Below are positions 55,435 to 64,000 of a DNA stretch of 64,000 nucleotides, in pieces. The notes under the pieces are model-generated. The model ran no database searches, was not told where the DNA came from, and saw only the letters and a program-made list of their open reading frames with translations. Position numbers and translations under genes: made by a program. The stretch comes from Planctomycetota bacterium. Its GTDB lineage: Bacteria > Planctomycetota > GCA-002687715 > CAIWVZ01. The stretch lies in assembly GCA_044222185.1 (NCBI GenBank), contig JBGANV010000001.1, positions 128,001-192,000 of the forward strand, read 5' to 3'. The first letter of the stretch is position 1, and every line of letters starts with the position of its first letter.

Positions 55435-58400
55435 CGTTCGGCCACCCCTGGGCGCTCCTCTTCTTGGTCGGCGTCGTTCCGGCCGGCGTGGTCCTGTTGC
55501 GCCGTGGAGCGCGAGCCGGCGAGGTGTCGCGCGCGGCGACGCTCCTCCAACTCCTGGCGCTCGTTTGCCTGTGTCTTGCGCTGGCGGATCCACAGGTCGA
55601 GCGCCCGGACACGCCCGTGCACGTGATCGCGGTCGCCGTCGGCGATTCGGCACGCGCGGCCGGCGACGACGCGGTCGCAGCGTTGCGTCGCGCCGACGGC
55701 GATGCGCGAGTCGAACGGATCCAGGTGGATTCCCAGGTGAGCCTCGGCGATGGGAGTCCGCCCGAAACGGCGCCCGATCTGGCGCGCGGCCTGGCCGTGG
55801 CGCGCGGGCTCGTCCCTTCCGGCGCCTCCGGTCGGATCACTCTCGTGAGCGACGGAAGCCACGTGGGCCCGTCTTTCCACGATGAGGTCTCGGCCATCAC
55901 GCGACGCGGGATCGCCTTCGACGTCGTCGCCGTTCGCGGGGATCGACGCCCCGCGCTGCTCTCCGTGGATCACCCGTCGGCCGTCCGCGCCCGGGAGCCG
56001 TTCACGCTTCGCGCACGCGTCCGAGCGAGCGAGCCCACGAGCGGCCACCTCGTCGTCGAATCCCGCGGCGCCGTGCTCGCGCGCCACGCGGCGAAGTTGG
56101 ACGTCGGCACGACGACACTCGCGATGGACCTGTCGATCGAGGCCCTCGGCGTCGCCGACCTGCGGACGCGCTTCGTCATCGGCGTCGACACCACGGCCTC
56201 GGGCTTCGAGGAGCGCTCTGCGGTCGACGTCACCGCTCCGCCCATCATCGCCCACGTGATTCCCGGAGTCGATGGAAGCGACCCGCTCGCGTCGCTCCTC
56301 GCGCCGTTCGGCTTCGACGTTCGCGTCGTCGATCCGGGACACGTGGCACCGGCGTTGTTTCGCGAAGCGTCCGCCTGGGTCGTGGACGACGTCGCCGCGG
56401 ACCGCTGGGAAGCCACGGCCCAGGAGGAACTGCGTCGTGCGGTGCTGGAAGAGGGTTCGGGACTCCTGCTCGCGGGCGCGCACCAGAACCTCGGCCCCGG
56501 GGGTTACGGCGGATCGCCCCTCGCCGACATCCTGCCTGTCGACTTCCCGCAGGAGGAGGAGCGCCGCGATCCGTCCGTCGGCCTCGTGCTCATCATCGAT
56601 ACGAGCGGAAGCATGGGCGGAGCGCGCATCGAACTTGCGAAGGAAGTTGCGCGCCTCGCACTGAAGCGTCTCCAGCCGCACGACAAGGTCGGCATCGTCG
56701 AGTTCTACGGCAGCAAGCGGTGGGCAGCGCCCCTTCAGTCGGCCAGCAACGCCATCGAGATCCAACGCGCACTCAACCGGCTCCAGGCCGGCGGCGGAAC
56801 GATCATCTACTCGGCGATCGAAGAGGCGTTCCACGCGTTGCGCGCCGCGACCACGCGTTTTCGCCAGATCCTCGTGCTCACGGACGGCGGCGTGGAGTCG
56901 GGTCCATTCGACGTTCTCGCACGCCAGATCGCGGAGAGCGGAATCAACTTGAACACGGTCCTGATCGGCCCGCAGGGGAACTCGCCGTTCCTCCAGAACC
57001 TCGCCAACTGGGGACGGGGACGGTTCTACTCCTGCCCGTCGCGGTTCCAGCTTCCGGACCTGTCGTTCCGCGAGCCCCAGACGTCGCCCTCCTCCGCCGT
57101 GCGCGATGCGCGGATGGAAGTCGACGTCTCGATGCCGGTGGACGCCCTGCGCGTCTGGGCCGGTCACGCCATGCCTGCGATCGGCGCGCTGACGAACGGA
57201 ACGGCGCGGCCGGGCGCCTCGACGTGGATCTCGACACGCGATGGGCGACCCGTCCTCACGGCCTGGGACCAAGGCTGCGGGCGCGCGGCGGTGCTCGCGA
57301 CGGAGTTGTTCGGGCCCGCGTCAGCCGAGTGGCGGAGTGACGGGCGATTCGGCGCGGGACTGGCCGATCTGCTCCGAGCACTCGGCCACGGCAGTCGGGC
57401 CATCGTGCCCGCCGTCGACGTTCAGGCGTTCCCGCACCGACTGCTGGTTTCCGGACGAACGGCCGGCGTCGACGACGTGACCGTGAGCCTTCGAACCAAC
57501 ACGGGAGCACTCGCGGCAGCGCCGGCGAGGTGCGCAGCGGATGGCACATGGCGTGCGGCATTCGAGTGGCCTTCGGACTCACCCGTCGTGATCGAAGCCG
57601 AGACGGATCACGTGGTGGCTCGCGGAGCAGCCGTTCGTCCGCTTTCGCGGAGCGAGCGTGCGGAGGACGTCACGGCCGACCTGGCGATGCTGCGCGAACA
57701 CACCGCACGGGCGCCCGCCGTGGCTGCGAGGCCGAGGTCCGTTCCGCGGCGGATCGCACCCATCGTCCTCGTCGCCGCGCTGCTGGCGTACATCGCCCAG
57801 CTCTTCGTGCGCCGAACGGCTCCGCGCGGCGGTATTGCGGTGACCGCTGCGTTGGTGCTGTGGGGAACGCCCGCGGCCGCGCAGTCGCCAGCCGAGTTCC
57901 AGGCGACGATCCAGGAGACGCTGATGCGCGACGGTCGCCTCGATGCGCTTCGCGCGAGGGCCGACTCTCGACCGTCCTGGTGCCGGGTCGCCATCGAGCG
58001 CGCCGATGGCGATCTCGAGGCCGCGCTCGCCGCAGTCGACCGGGCCGACGCCTCCACGCGAATCGAGTTGCTCGAGCGCCTGGGACGCCTCGCCGACGCC
58101 GAGAGCGAATTGCATCTGAACGCCGGGGGTTCGACCGCGGAGGATCGCCTCCATTCGACCTGGATGTCGACCCAGCGGGCCCTGCTGCGTCTTGCCCAGG
58201 GGCGTCCCGACGAGGCCTCGAAGGACGTCGATTCCGTGGTGTCGAACGCGACGGCCGAAGACCGCGCGTTCTTCGTGCGACTCCTCGCGCTGTGGGGCCA
58301 GCGCGCGAAGGCTCTCGCTCTCGACACGCGCAAGACCGGCGAACTCTCGCTCGGGGATTCCCTCCGGCGCGCCATGTGGCTGTCGGATGCGGGGCGGGTG

Positions 58401-61400
58401 CCGGAAGCCCTCGACACCCTCGAGTTGGCGTATGGCAAGGCCGCACTCGATCGCGATCGCAGATTCCTCCTCGCGCGCAGCATCACGCTGGCGCGGCGAG
58501 GTGGCCTGCTCGCGGAGCTGGCCACGCGGTGGACGCGCTCGCTCACGCCCGAAGACGTGACGCGTCGCACGGGCCTCCTCCAGGCGCTCCGTGAGCTCGG
58601 TCGCGCCGACGAAGCTCTCGCTCTCGCGTCGGCGTCGACGGACGGCGACCTGCGCCAGGAAGCACTGGCGATCGCAGCGGAGCTTGGACGAACGTCCGAC
58701 GTGATCGAACGGGCGCGGGCTGCGCTCGTGACGAACCCGAAGGACGGACGCGCGCGCCGATTCCTCGCGTTGACCCTGGCCGAGAACCGGCGCCTCGACG
58801 AAGCCGACGCCGTCCTTCGCGAGGCCGTCGTCGTCGAGTCCAGGATCGGAGAACTCGTGGGATGGGCCGAGGCGGCGGGGGACCTGGGCCTCGCCGCGAG
58901 TCGCGACCTGGCGATCGAGCGGCTCTCCGGTCAGGGGGAAAATGGACGCGTTGCCGCGGCCCTGGTTCGTGCTCGCGACCTGCGGAACCGGCGGAAGCTG
59001 GCCGACGCGGCCGTCGTGCTGGTGGACGCCGCGAAGGCCGCCGAGGGCCCCGCCAATCTGGCGGCGCTCGCATCCGAGCTGGAAGCGGTGGACAAGCGGA
59101 CGGAGGCGATCGAGGTCTTGCAGCGCGTCTGGGGGGCGACGGGGAGCGAGGACGTCGGCGCGCGCCTCGCACAGTTGCTCGCCGACGGCAAGCAGCAGTC
59201 CGAACGCGATCGAGCCCTCGCGATCCAACGCGAACTGTGGTTGCGACCCGGGACCGCGGCCCGGCGCGTCCAGGCCGAGGAGCGCGTTCTCGACGCGGCG
59301 GCGCGCGAAGGAACGCTGGCCGACCTCGCAATCGAACTCGAGGAGGGCCTCGCCGCGGCCGGCCCCGATCACGACGCGCGACTGGATGCGCTCTTGAAGA
59401 TCTATTCGCGGGCGCGGGACGCGGCCGGCGGCTCGGCGATCCTCGCCGAGGAAATGAAGCGTCGACCGGAAGAACGGGTCCGGTTGACGGAACGGCTGGC
59501 GCAGCTCCAACTCGAGTGCGAGGAGTTCACCGCGTACGAGCGCACCCTGCGCGAACTGATCGTGATGGCTCCGGCGAACGAGCTGGACTACCGTCAGCAA
59601 CTCGCCATGAGCGCGCTCGAGCGCGGCCGGCCCGCGGACGCAGCCAAGGTCGTTCGCGACCTCGTGTCACGCGGGGGGATGCTCCCCGAGACCGCGTTCG
59701 AGTTCTCGGCGGGCATCTTCAACCTCGCGGGCGACCATCAGTCGGCCGCGGCTGCGTACCGGCGGACGCTCGCGCTCCATCCCGATCGGATCGAGACGTG
59801 GCTGCTGCTCGGAGACGCGTTGCGGAACCTGGGCGAGTCCGATCGCGCGATCGGGATCTTCTCGGACCTCATCAAGCCGTCCGCGAGAGACGACCTCTTC
59901 GTCGTCGCCGTCGACGGCCTCCTCAACATGGACGCCAATCCGCGGATCATGGCGTTCGCCGAAATGCGAATTCGCGAGCGCCTCGCGTCGCGCCCCGACA
60001 CCGTGTTCCTGCTGCGACTGCTCCAGGACGTGCTCGAGCAGCGCCGGGACGAGAAGGGGCGGGCCGTACTCCTCGACGAGCTCGTCATCGCGGCTGGCGA
60101 GCAGCGCGTCGCGTTCCTGCGCGAAGCGATGGACGACGCGCGCACGGCATCGGATTGGCAGCGCTACAGCGACTTCGGCCACGAACTCCTCATGCTCGAG
60201 GACGACGCGCCCCCGGCCGTCTTCCTCGAACTTGGCGAAGTGTTGTTGAAACGCAAGGACCTGCGCGGCGCCGAACAGGCGTTCGGAAGGGCCCGGATGG
60301 CGAACGAGTTCGACGCCATCGAGCAACACATCGCCGAGCTCTACGCGGCAGGCGGCAGCCCGGCGGATGCGGCGCGCGTTCGCGCGAGGATCCTGCTTCG
60401 GCACCCGGAGGATCCGGCGGCGCGGCTCGCGCTTGCGAAATTGTGGGAGCAGCTCGGACGCCATGCGGAAGCGGGACCGTTGTTCGTCGATGCCGCGGTG
60501 ATGCAGCTCGCGTCACCCGGATCAGCACCGGCCGAGCCACCGGACTTGACCTCGGGCGGCGGCATCGCCGGTGCCCTGTCGACCGTCCGCCTCGTGAGCC
60601 GCGCCGACCGCGCCCAGGAAGCGGCAGCTGACGAAGCGATGGCTGGCGCCGCGCGGTGCGCGAGCCGTCCGTCCGACCTCGGGGCGGTGGTCGACCGCCT
60701 GAAGGCCGTCGCGCGCGATTCCACGCGCCGGGATCGGCCCATGGCCCTCGACCGCCTGAGGGAACTCGCCGTCGTCTTCCGGTCCGACGATCTCGCTGGA
60801 GAAGTGGGCGCGATCGAGGCGGAATGGCTCGGCGCCGCGGATCCCGTGCTCGTGCGGGCCGTCGTCGCGGGGCGCGATCGCATCGGAGACGTCGACGGAG
60901 CCGTGGCGGCCGCCAAGGCCCAGCCTGCGGCACGGTTCGATCGACCGGCGTGGCGTGCGGCGCTGCTCGCGGGCAAGGGCGACGACGCGCTCTCGCTCGC
61001 GGCGAATGCTCCGCCGGAAGCGCTGTTGCAGACGCTGCAGGCTTTCGTGCTCGACGGCGATCTCGATCGGGCGCGGCGGGCGCTCGACGCACTGCGGCGA
61101 TCGGGCGCGGGCCGCGAGCGAACGATCGCCGCCCAGCTCCGCAAGGCACAAGCGACGCTCGGTGAGCCCGTGACCGCCGATTCGCGTCCACCCGACCGGG
61201 GCATCGACGACGCCCTGGCGTCGAAGGGCCGCAGTCGCGTCCAGGCCGTCATCTCGGCCGTTCGCGCGTCGAAAGGGGCGCCCGTCGATCGGAAGGTCCA
61301 GGCGTTGTTGGCGATCCTCCCCGAAGTCCGCGCGGATGCCACGGGCAATACCGCGGCGTCGTTCGTCGGAGCTGCGCGCGGTGTCCTCCCCGCGGAACAG

Positions 61401-63464
61401 ACGACGGAGTTGGTGGAGAAGGCGCTCCAGACGGCGTCCATGCCCGTGCTGGTCGGGATCCGGCTGCGGGATCTGGACATGGTCGTCCCCGAGCGCCGCC
61501 TCGAAATTGCCGTCAAGGCGCTCGACCGCTTGAAGGGCGAGGAAGCGAACACGGCGCTCCTCTCGCTCTTCGACGGCCAGGCTGCGCAGCTCTCCGAAGA
61601 TCTGCTCCTCGGGCTCGTGAAGAAACTCGCGGCGCGGCGTCTGGATCAGCCCGACCTCACGCGCCTTTCGCGGATCGTCGCAAACCCGGCCCTCCCCGCG
61701 ACCGTGCGCCGCGCCCTCGTCGACCACGTCGGCGAGGCTCGCCCCGACGATCCTGCCGTGCTCGTCCAGCGGGCCGGATTCATGCCCGTTGGACCCGAGC
61801 GTGACGCACTCGCCGATCGGGCCGCCAAGGCGTTCGCCGCGCAGAAGCGCATGGGATCCGGCGGAATCGACCTCGCGAACGAGATAGCCGCATTGCTCGG
61901 GCCCGACTCCCTTCGGGCCGCCGCCGGCACGGATTCGCGGCCCGCGGCGCGCCTGCTCGCGGGACTCGCGGACGCACGCAGCGGCAACTGGAAGGCCTTC
62001 GGGGACGCGGTTCGCGATCTCGGCTTCGATCTCGCCGAAGACGTGAGCGCCGTGATGCAGACCGTCAGCGTGATGAAACAGCTCGGCCGGATCGAGGACG
62101 CCGCCGGCATCTACCAGCGCCATCTGGCGCGTGCGTCGCAGGTCTATCCGTATCACGCGCAAAACGCCGCCGAGCTGCTCCTGCGCAGCGGGAAACCTGC
62201 AGAGGCGCTTGCGGCGCTCGGAATGGCGAAGAGCGACCTGGGCGAGGACCCGTCCCTTCGGCTGCGCGTCGGCGCTCGACTGCCCGATGCGACGGCCCGC
62301 CGCACGGCGCTTCGCGTCGCCATCGGATCCTCCGGGCGATCCACGCTCGTGCCTTCGCTCGTCGCGCGGAACGACGATGATGGCGGCAGTCTGGCGGAGG
62401 CCTTGGCTCGCCCCACGCTCCGGCCGCGGGTGCCCTCGTCCCTGAAGGATTGCGAGTCGCTTCGAGCCGGCTTGGACGTGCTCGGATTCGTGCCGGAGGG
62501 GGCCGACCTGGTCGCCGCATGTCGCCGCGCCGCGGCGATCACCATGGGCGACCTCGGCCTCGCCGTCGAGCGCGCGCGCGTCCGCAGCGCGTCCGCGAGC
62601 GGAGGGCTGGCCACGCTCCTCCAGGAAGCGCGGGCGGCGCTTGCCGCGCGCCCGTTCGATCGCGACGCGTTGCGCGTGCTCGTCGCCGCGATCGAATGCG
62701 GGCTCGCGAAAGAGAAGGACGCGCCCATGCGCCTCGCGCACGTGGCGCTCCTGCGTGATCGGACGGACTGGAAGCTGCTGGTGGAGATGGCGCGCGTGCT
62801 CGAAACCGCAGGCGACAAGGAGGAGGCGGACCGGCTTCTGGCGATCATCGCCGTCGACCGCGAGACGCTTTCCGGCCTCGATTTGGCGGACGAGGCCCGG
62901 GATCTGATCGCCATGGTCGCGTCGCGTGATCCGGCCCGCCTGATGCGCCTCGTTCCAGCGGGCGACACGCCCCAGAACGACTTCGACGGCGAACTCCTCT
63001 CGGCGCTCACGGCCTCCGACGTTCCCGTGCGCGCGATCGTCGAAGCCTACCCGACCATGCAATCGCATTTCGGAGACGGGGGATCCCGCTACCGCATGGA
63101 GCGGTTGGCCCTCCCGTGGGTCGGCGTGATGCTCCGCGCGGGGAATCGCGACGGTTTGCTCCGCACGCTCGGCGTGCTCGCGACCACGACCGACGATCTC
63201 GTCGCCGCGCGTCTCGTCGGCGCCGCGGTTCCGCCGCTCCGATCCTGGACCGATCGAACGATCGCCGAGGACTTCGCGACGGCGATCCGGGAGCGGCTCG
63301 CGTCCCCGAATCTGAAGTCGCGCTTCCTCTTCGCGCGGCTGGGCTCCGTGCTCGCGCGCCGTCTCGACGAAGGCGGAGAGGCCGATGCCGCACGGGCGCT
63401 GTGGGCCTCGGTCGAAGCCGCGACGGGCGGGATCCCCGGCTTCTCGGCGTGGCGGCCGTTCTGA
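55431..63464 (+). CDS. Giant (2677 aa) vWA / GATase1-like / TPR membrane protein
   Basis: MTFGHPWALL TM start; degenerate vWA; GATase1-like GLLLAG..GPGGY..SPLADILPV; intact MIDAS vWA (DTSGSM, GGGT, TDG); TM; about 1850 aa of TPR-like repeats. Confidence 0.85.
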   Translation: MTFGHPWALLFLVGVVPAGVVLLRRGARAGEVSRAATLLQLLALVCLCLALADPQVERPDTPVHVIAVAVGDSARAAGDDAVAALRRADGDARVERIQVDSQVSLGDGSPPETAPDLARGLAVARGLVPSGASGRITLVSDGSHVGPSFHDEVSAITRRGIAFDVVAVRGDRRPALLSVDHPSAVRAREPFTLRARVRASEPTSGHLVVESRGAVLARHAAKLDVGTTTLAMDLSIEALGVADLRTRFVIGVDTTASGFEERSAVDVTAPPIIAHVIPGVDGSDPLASLLAPFGFDVRVVDPGHVAPALFREASAWVVDDVAADRWEATAQEELRRAVLEEGSGLLLAGAHQNLGPGGYGGSPLADILPVDFPQEEERRDPSVGLVLIIDTSGSMGGARIELAKEVARLALKRLQPHDKVGIVEFYGSKRWAAPLQSASNAIEIQRALNRLQAGGGTIIYSAIEEAFHALRAATTRFRQILVLTDGGVESGPFDVLARQIAESGINLNTVLIGPQGNSPFLQNLANWGRGRFYSCPSRFQLPDLSFREPQTSPSSAVRDARMEVDVSMPVDALRVWAGHAMPAIGALTNGTARPGASTWISTRDGRPVLTAWDQGCGRAAVLATELFGPASAEWRSDGRFGAGLADLLRALGHGSRAIVPAVDVQAFPHRLLVSGRTAGVDDVTVSLRTNTGALAAAPARCAADGTWRAAFEWPSDSPVVIEAETDHVVARGAAVRPLSRSERAEDVTADLAMLREHTARAPAVAARPRSVPRRIAPIVLVAALLAYIAQLFVRRTAPRGGIAVTAALVLWGTPAAAQSPAEFQATIQETLMRDGRLDALRARADSRPSWCRVAIERADGDLEAALAAVDRADASTRIELLERLGRLADAESELHLNAGGSTAEDRLHSTWMSTQRALLRLAQGRPDEASKDVDSVVSNATAEDRAFFVRLLALWGQRAKALALDTRKTGELSLGDSLRRAMWLSDAGRVPEALDTLELAYGKAALDRDRRFLLARSITLARRGGLLAELATRWTRSLTPEDVTRRTGLLQALRELGRADEALALASASTDGDLRQEALAIAAELGRTSDVIERARAALVTNPKDGRARRFLALTLAENRRLDEADAVLREAVVVESRIGELVGWAEAAGDLGLAASRDLAIERLSGQGENGRVAAALVRARDLRNRRKLADAAVVLVDAAKAAEGPANLAALASELEAVDKRTEAIEVLQRVWGATGSEDVGARLAQLLADGKQQSERDRALAIQRELWLRPGTAARRVQAEERVLDAAAREGTLADLAIELEEGLAAAGPDHDARLDALLKIYSRARDAAGGSAILAEEMKRRPEERVRLTERLAQLQLECEEFTAYERTLRELIVMAPANELDYRQQLAMSALERGRPADAAKVVRDLVSRGGMLPETAFEFSAGIFNLAGDHQSAAAAYRRTLALHPDRIETWLLLGDALRNLGESDRAIGIFSDLIKPSARDDLFVVAVDGLLNMDANPRIMAFAEMRIRERLASRPDTVFLLRLLQDVLEQRRDEKGRAVLLDELVIAAGEQRVAFLREAMDDARTASDWQRYSDFGHELLMLEDDAPPAVFLELGEVLLKRKDLRGAEQAFGRARMANEFDAIEQHIAELYAAGGSPADAARVRARILLRHPEDPAARLALAKLWEQLGRHAEAGPLFVDAAVMQLASPGSAPAEPPDLTSGGGIAGALSTVRLVSRADRAQEAAADEAMAGAARCASRPSDLGAVVDRLKAVARDSTRRDRPMALDRLRELAVVFRSDDLAGEVGAIEAEWLGAADPVLVRAVVAGRDRIGDVDGAVAAAKAQPAARFDRPAWRAALLAGKGDDALSLAANAPPEALLQTLQAFVLDGDLDRARRALDALRRSGAGRERTIAAQLRKAQATLGEPVTADSRPPDRGIDDALASKGRSRVQAVISAVRASKGAPVDRKVQALLAILPEVRADATGNTAASFVGAARGVLPAEQTTELVEKALQTASMPVLVGIRLRDLDMVVPERRLEIAVKALDRLKGEEANTALLSLFDGQAAQLSEDLLLGLVKKLAARRLDQPDLTRLSRIVANPALPATVRRALVDHVGEARPDDPAVLVQRAGFMPVGPERDALADRAAKAFAAQKRMGSGGIDLANEIAALLGPDSLRAAAGTDSRPAARLLAGLADARSGNWKAFGDAVRDLGFDLAEDVSAVMQTVSVMKQLGRIEDAAGIYQRHLARASQVYPYHAQNAAELLLRSGKPAEALAALGMAKSDLGEDPSLRLRVGARLPDATARRTALRVAIGSSGRSTLVPSLVARNDDDGGSLAEALARPTLRPRVPSSLKDCESLRAGLDVLGFVPEGADLVAACRRAAAITMGDLGLAVERARVRSASASGGLATLLQEARAALAARPFDRDALRVLVAAIECGLAKEKDAPMRLAHVALLRDRTDWKLLVEMARVLETAGDKEEADRLLAIIAVDRETLSGLDLADEARDLIAMVASRDPARLMRLVPAGDTPQNDFDGELLSALTASDVPVRAIVEAYPTMQSHFGDGGSRYRMERLALPWVGVMLRAGNRDGLLRTLGVLATTTDDLVAARLVGAAVPPLRSWTDRTIAEDFATAIRERLASPNLKSRFLFARLGSVLARRLDEGGEADAARALWASVEAATGGIPGFSAWRPF

Positions 63465-63483
63465 TCGGGCGGGCCTCTGGACG

Positions 63484-63987
63484 CTAGGCCGGCGGAGGTC
63501 CGCCCGTCGAGCGGATGGCGTTGGACCAGTCCGTCTCGTAGAGGAGGTACCCCGTCTCGTGCATGGCCTGGTGCTCGTAGGTCGTGCGCGCGCGGCGGTT
63601 CTCTTCCTCGACGTAGAGCCGCAACCCGATCACGTTGCCCTCCGCACGCGCCGCCGATTCCACGTGGCGATGCAGGGTTCGGTAGACACCGTGGCCGCGG
63701 AAGCGCTCCGCGACGTAGACGCTCTGGATCCACCAGAACCAGCCGTTGCGCCAGTCGCTCCACTCCGTGGTGATCATCACCTGGCCGGCGATTTCCGCTC
63801 CCACCATCGCCACGAAGTAGCGACCGCGACCACGATCGGAAAGGACCGCGGCGACGCCTGGCTTCAGGATCCCGAGGTCGAGCTCGCGGGCTTCGCTCTC
63901 CCGCGCCAGCCGCGCGTTGAACTCCGCGATGACGTCGACGTCGGCGGGGACGGCGTCGCGCACGCGCACGAGCAAAGGTGTCGTCAT
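63484..63987 (-). CDS. GNAT family N-acetyltransferase
   Basis: EWSDWRNG..WWIQSVYV..FRGHGVY, GLRLYVEEEN..A..TY. Confidence 0.9.
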   Translation of the reverse strand: MTTPLLVRVRDAVPADVDVIAEFNARLARESEARELDLGILKPGVAAVLSDRGRGRYFVAMVGAEIAGQVMITTEWSDWRNGWFWWIQSVYVAERFRGHGVYRTLHRHVESAARAEGNVIGLRLYVEEENRRARTTYEHQAMHETGYLLYETDWSNAIRSTGGPPPA

Positions 63988-64000
63988 GATGGCGGACACG

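Noticed and set aside
48398-63464. MoxR operon as a vWA-MoxR-VMAP ternary conflict system
   Set aside because: The MoxR is the classical DUF58/BatA-associated type; no VMAP or effector domains recognised.

Overview
High-GC bacterial chromosomal segment. The gene repertoire (single-chain double UvrA, long Chlamydia/spirochaete-type GreA, several Hanks-type kinases, FHA proteins, a kinase-linked ECF sigma, a MoxR/vWA/TPR operon and LPS genes) suggests a Planctomycetota/PVC organism; this is an inference. No transposases, integrases, prophage genes or CRISPR array were seen. In order: a partial ABC exporter; a secreted hypothetical protein; an eIF-2B-family protein; an LPS operon (lpxK, lipid A acyltransferase, split heptose kinase and adenylyltransferase, waaF); an FHA-GAF-sigma54 activator / HExxH protein / membrane Ser-Thr kinase / FHA module; a uvrA-uvrA fusion overlapping an XPB helicase and a p52/Tfb2-like partner; long GreA; Trm112, HIT, tRNA-Leu(CAA) and a CDF transporter; a helical-repeat-FHA / membrane protein / non-RD kinase / ECF sigma / double zinc-motif protein / PspA-like locus; an arginine cluster (speA, argS, amidinotransferase-fold enzyme, LOG); typA; gdhA; a parvulin lipoprotein; rho with a long disordered N-terminus and a structured leader; a 15-kb MoxR-DUF58-BatA-giant vWA/TPR operon; and a GNAT. 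The best candidates for undescribed systems are (i) a possible hybrid UvrA plus mini-TFIIH (XPB/p52-like) repair operon and (ii) a kinase-ECF-controlled PspA/ESCRT-III-like membrane-stress locus with a shared upstream DNA motif. All family calls come from reading motifs by eye; no database searches were run.
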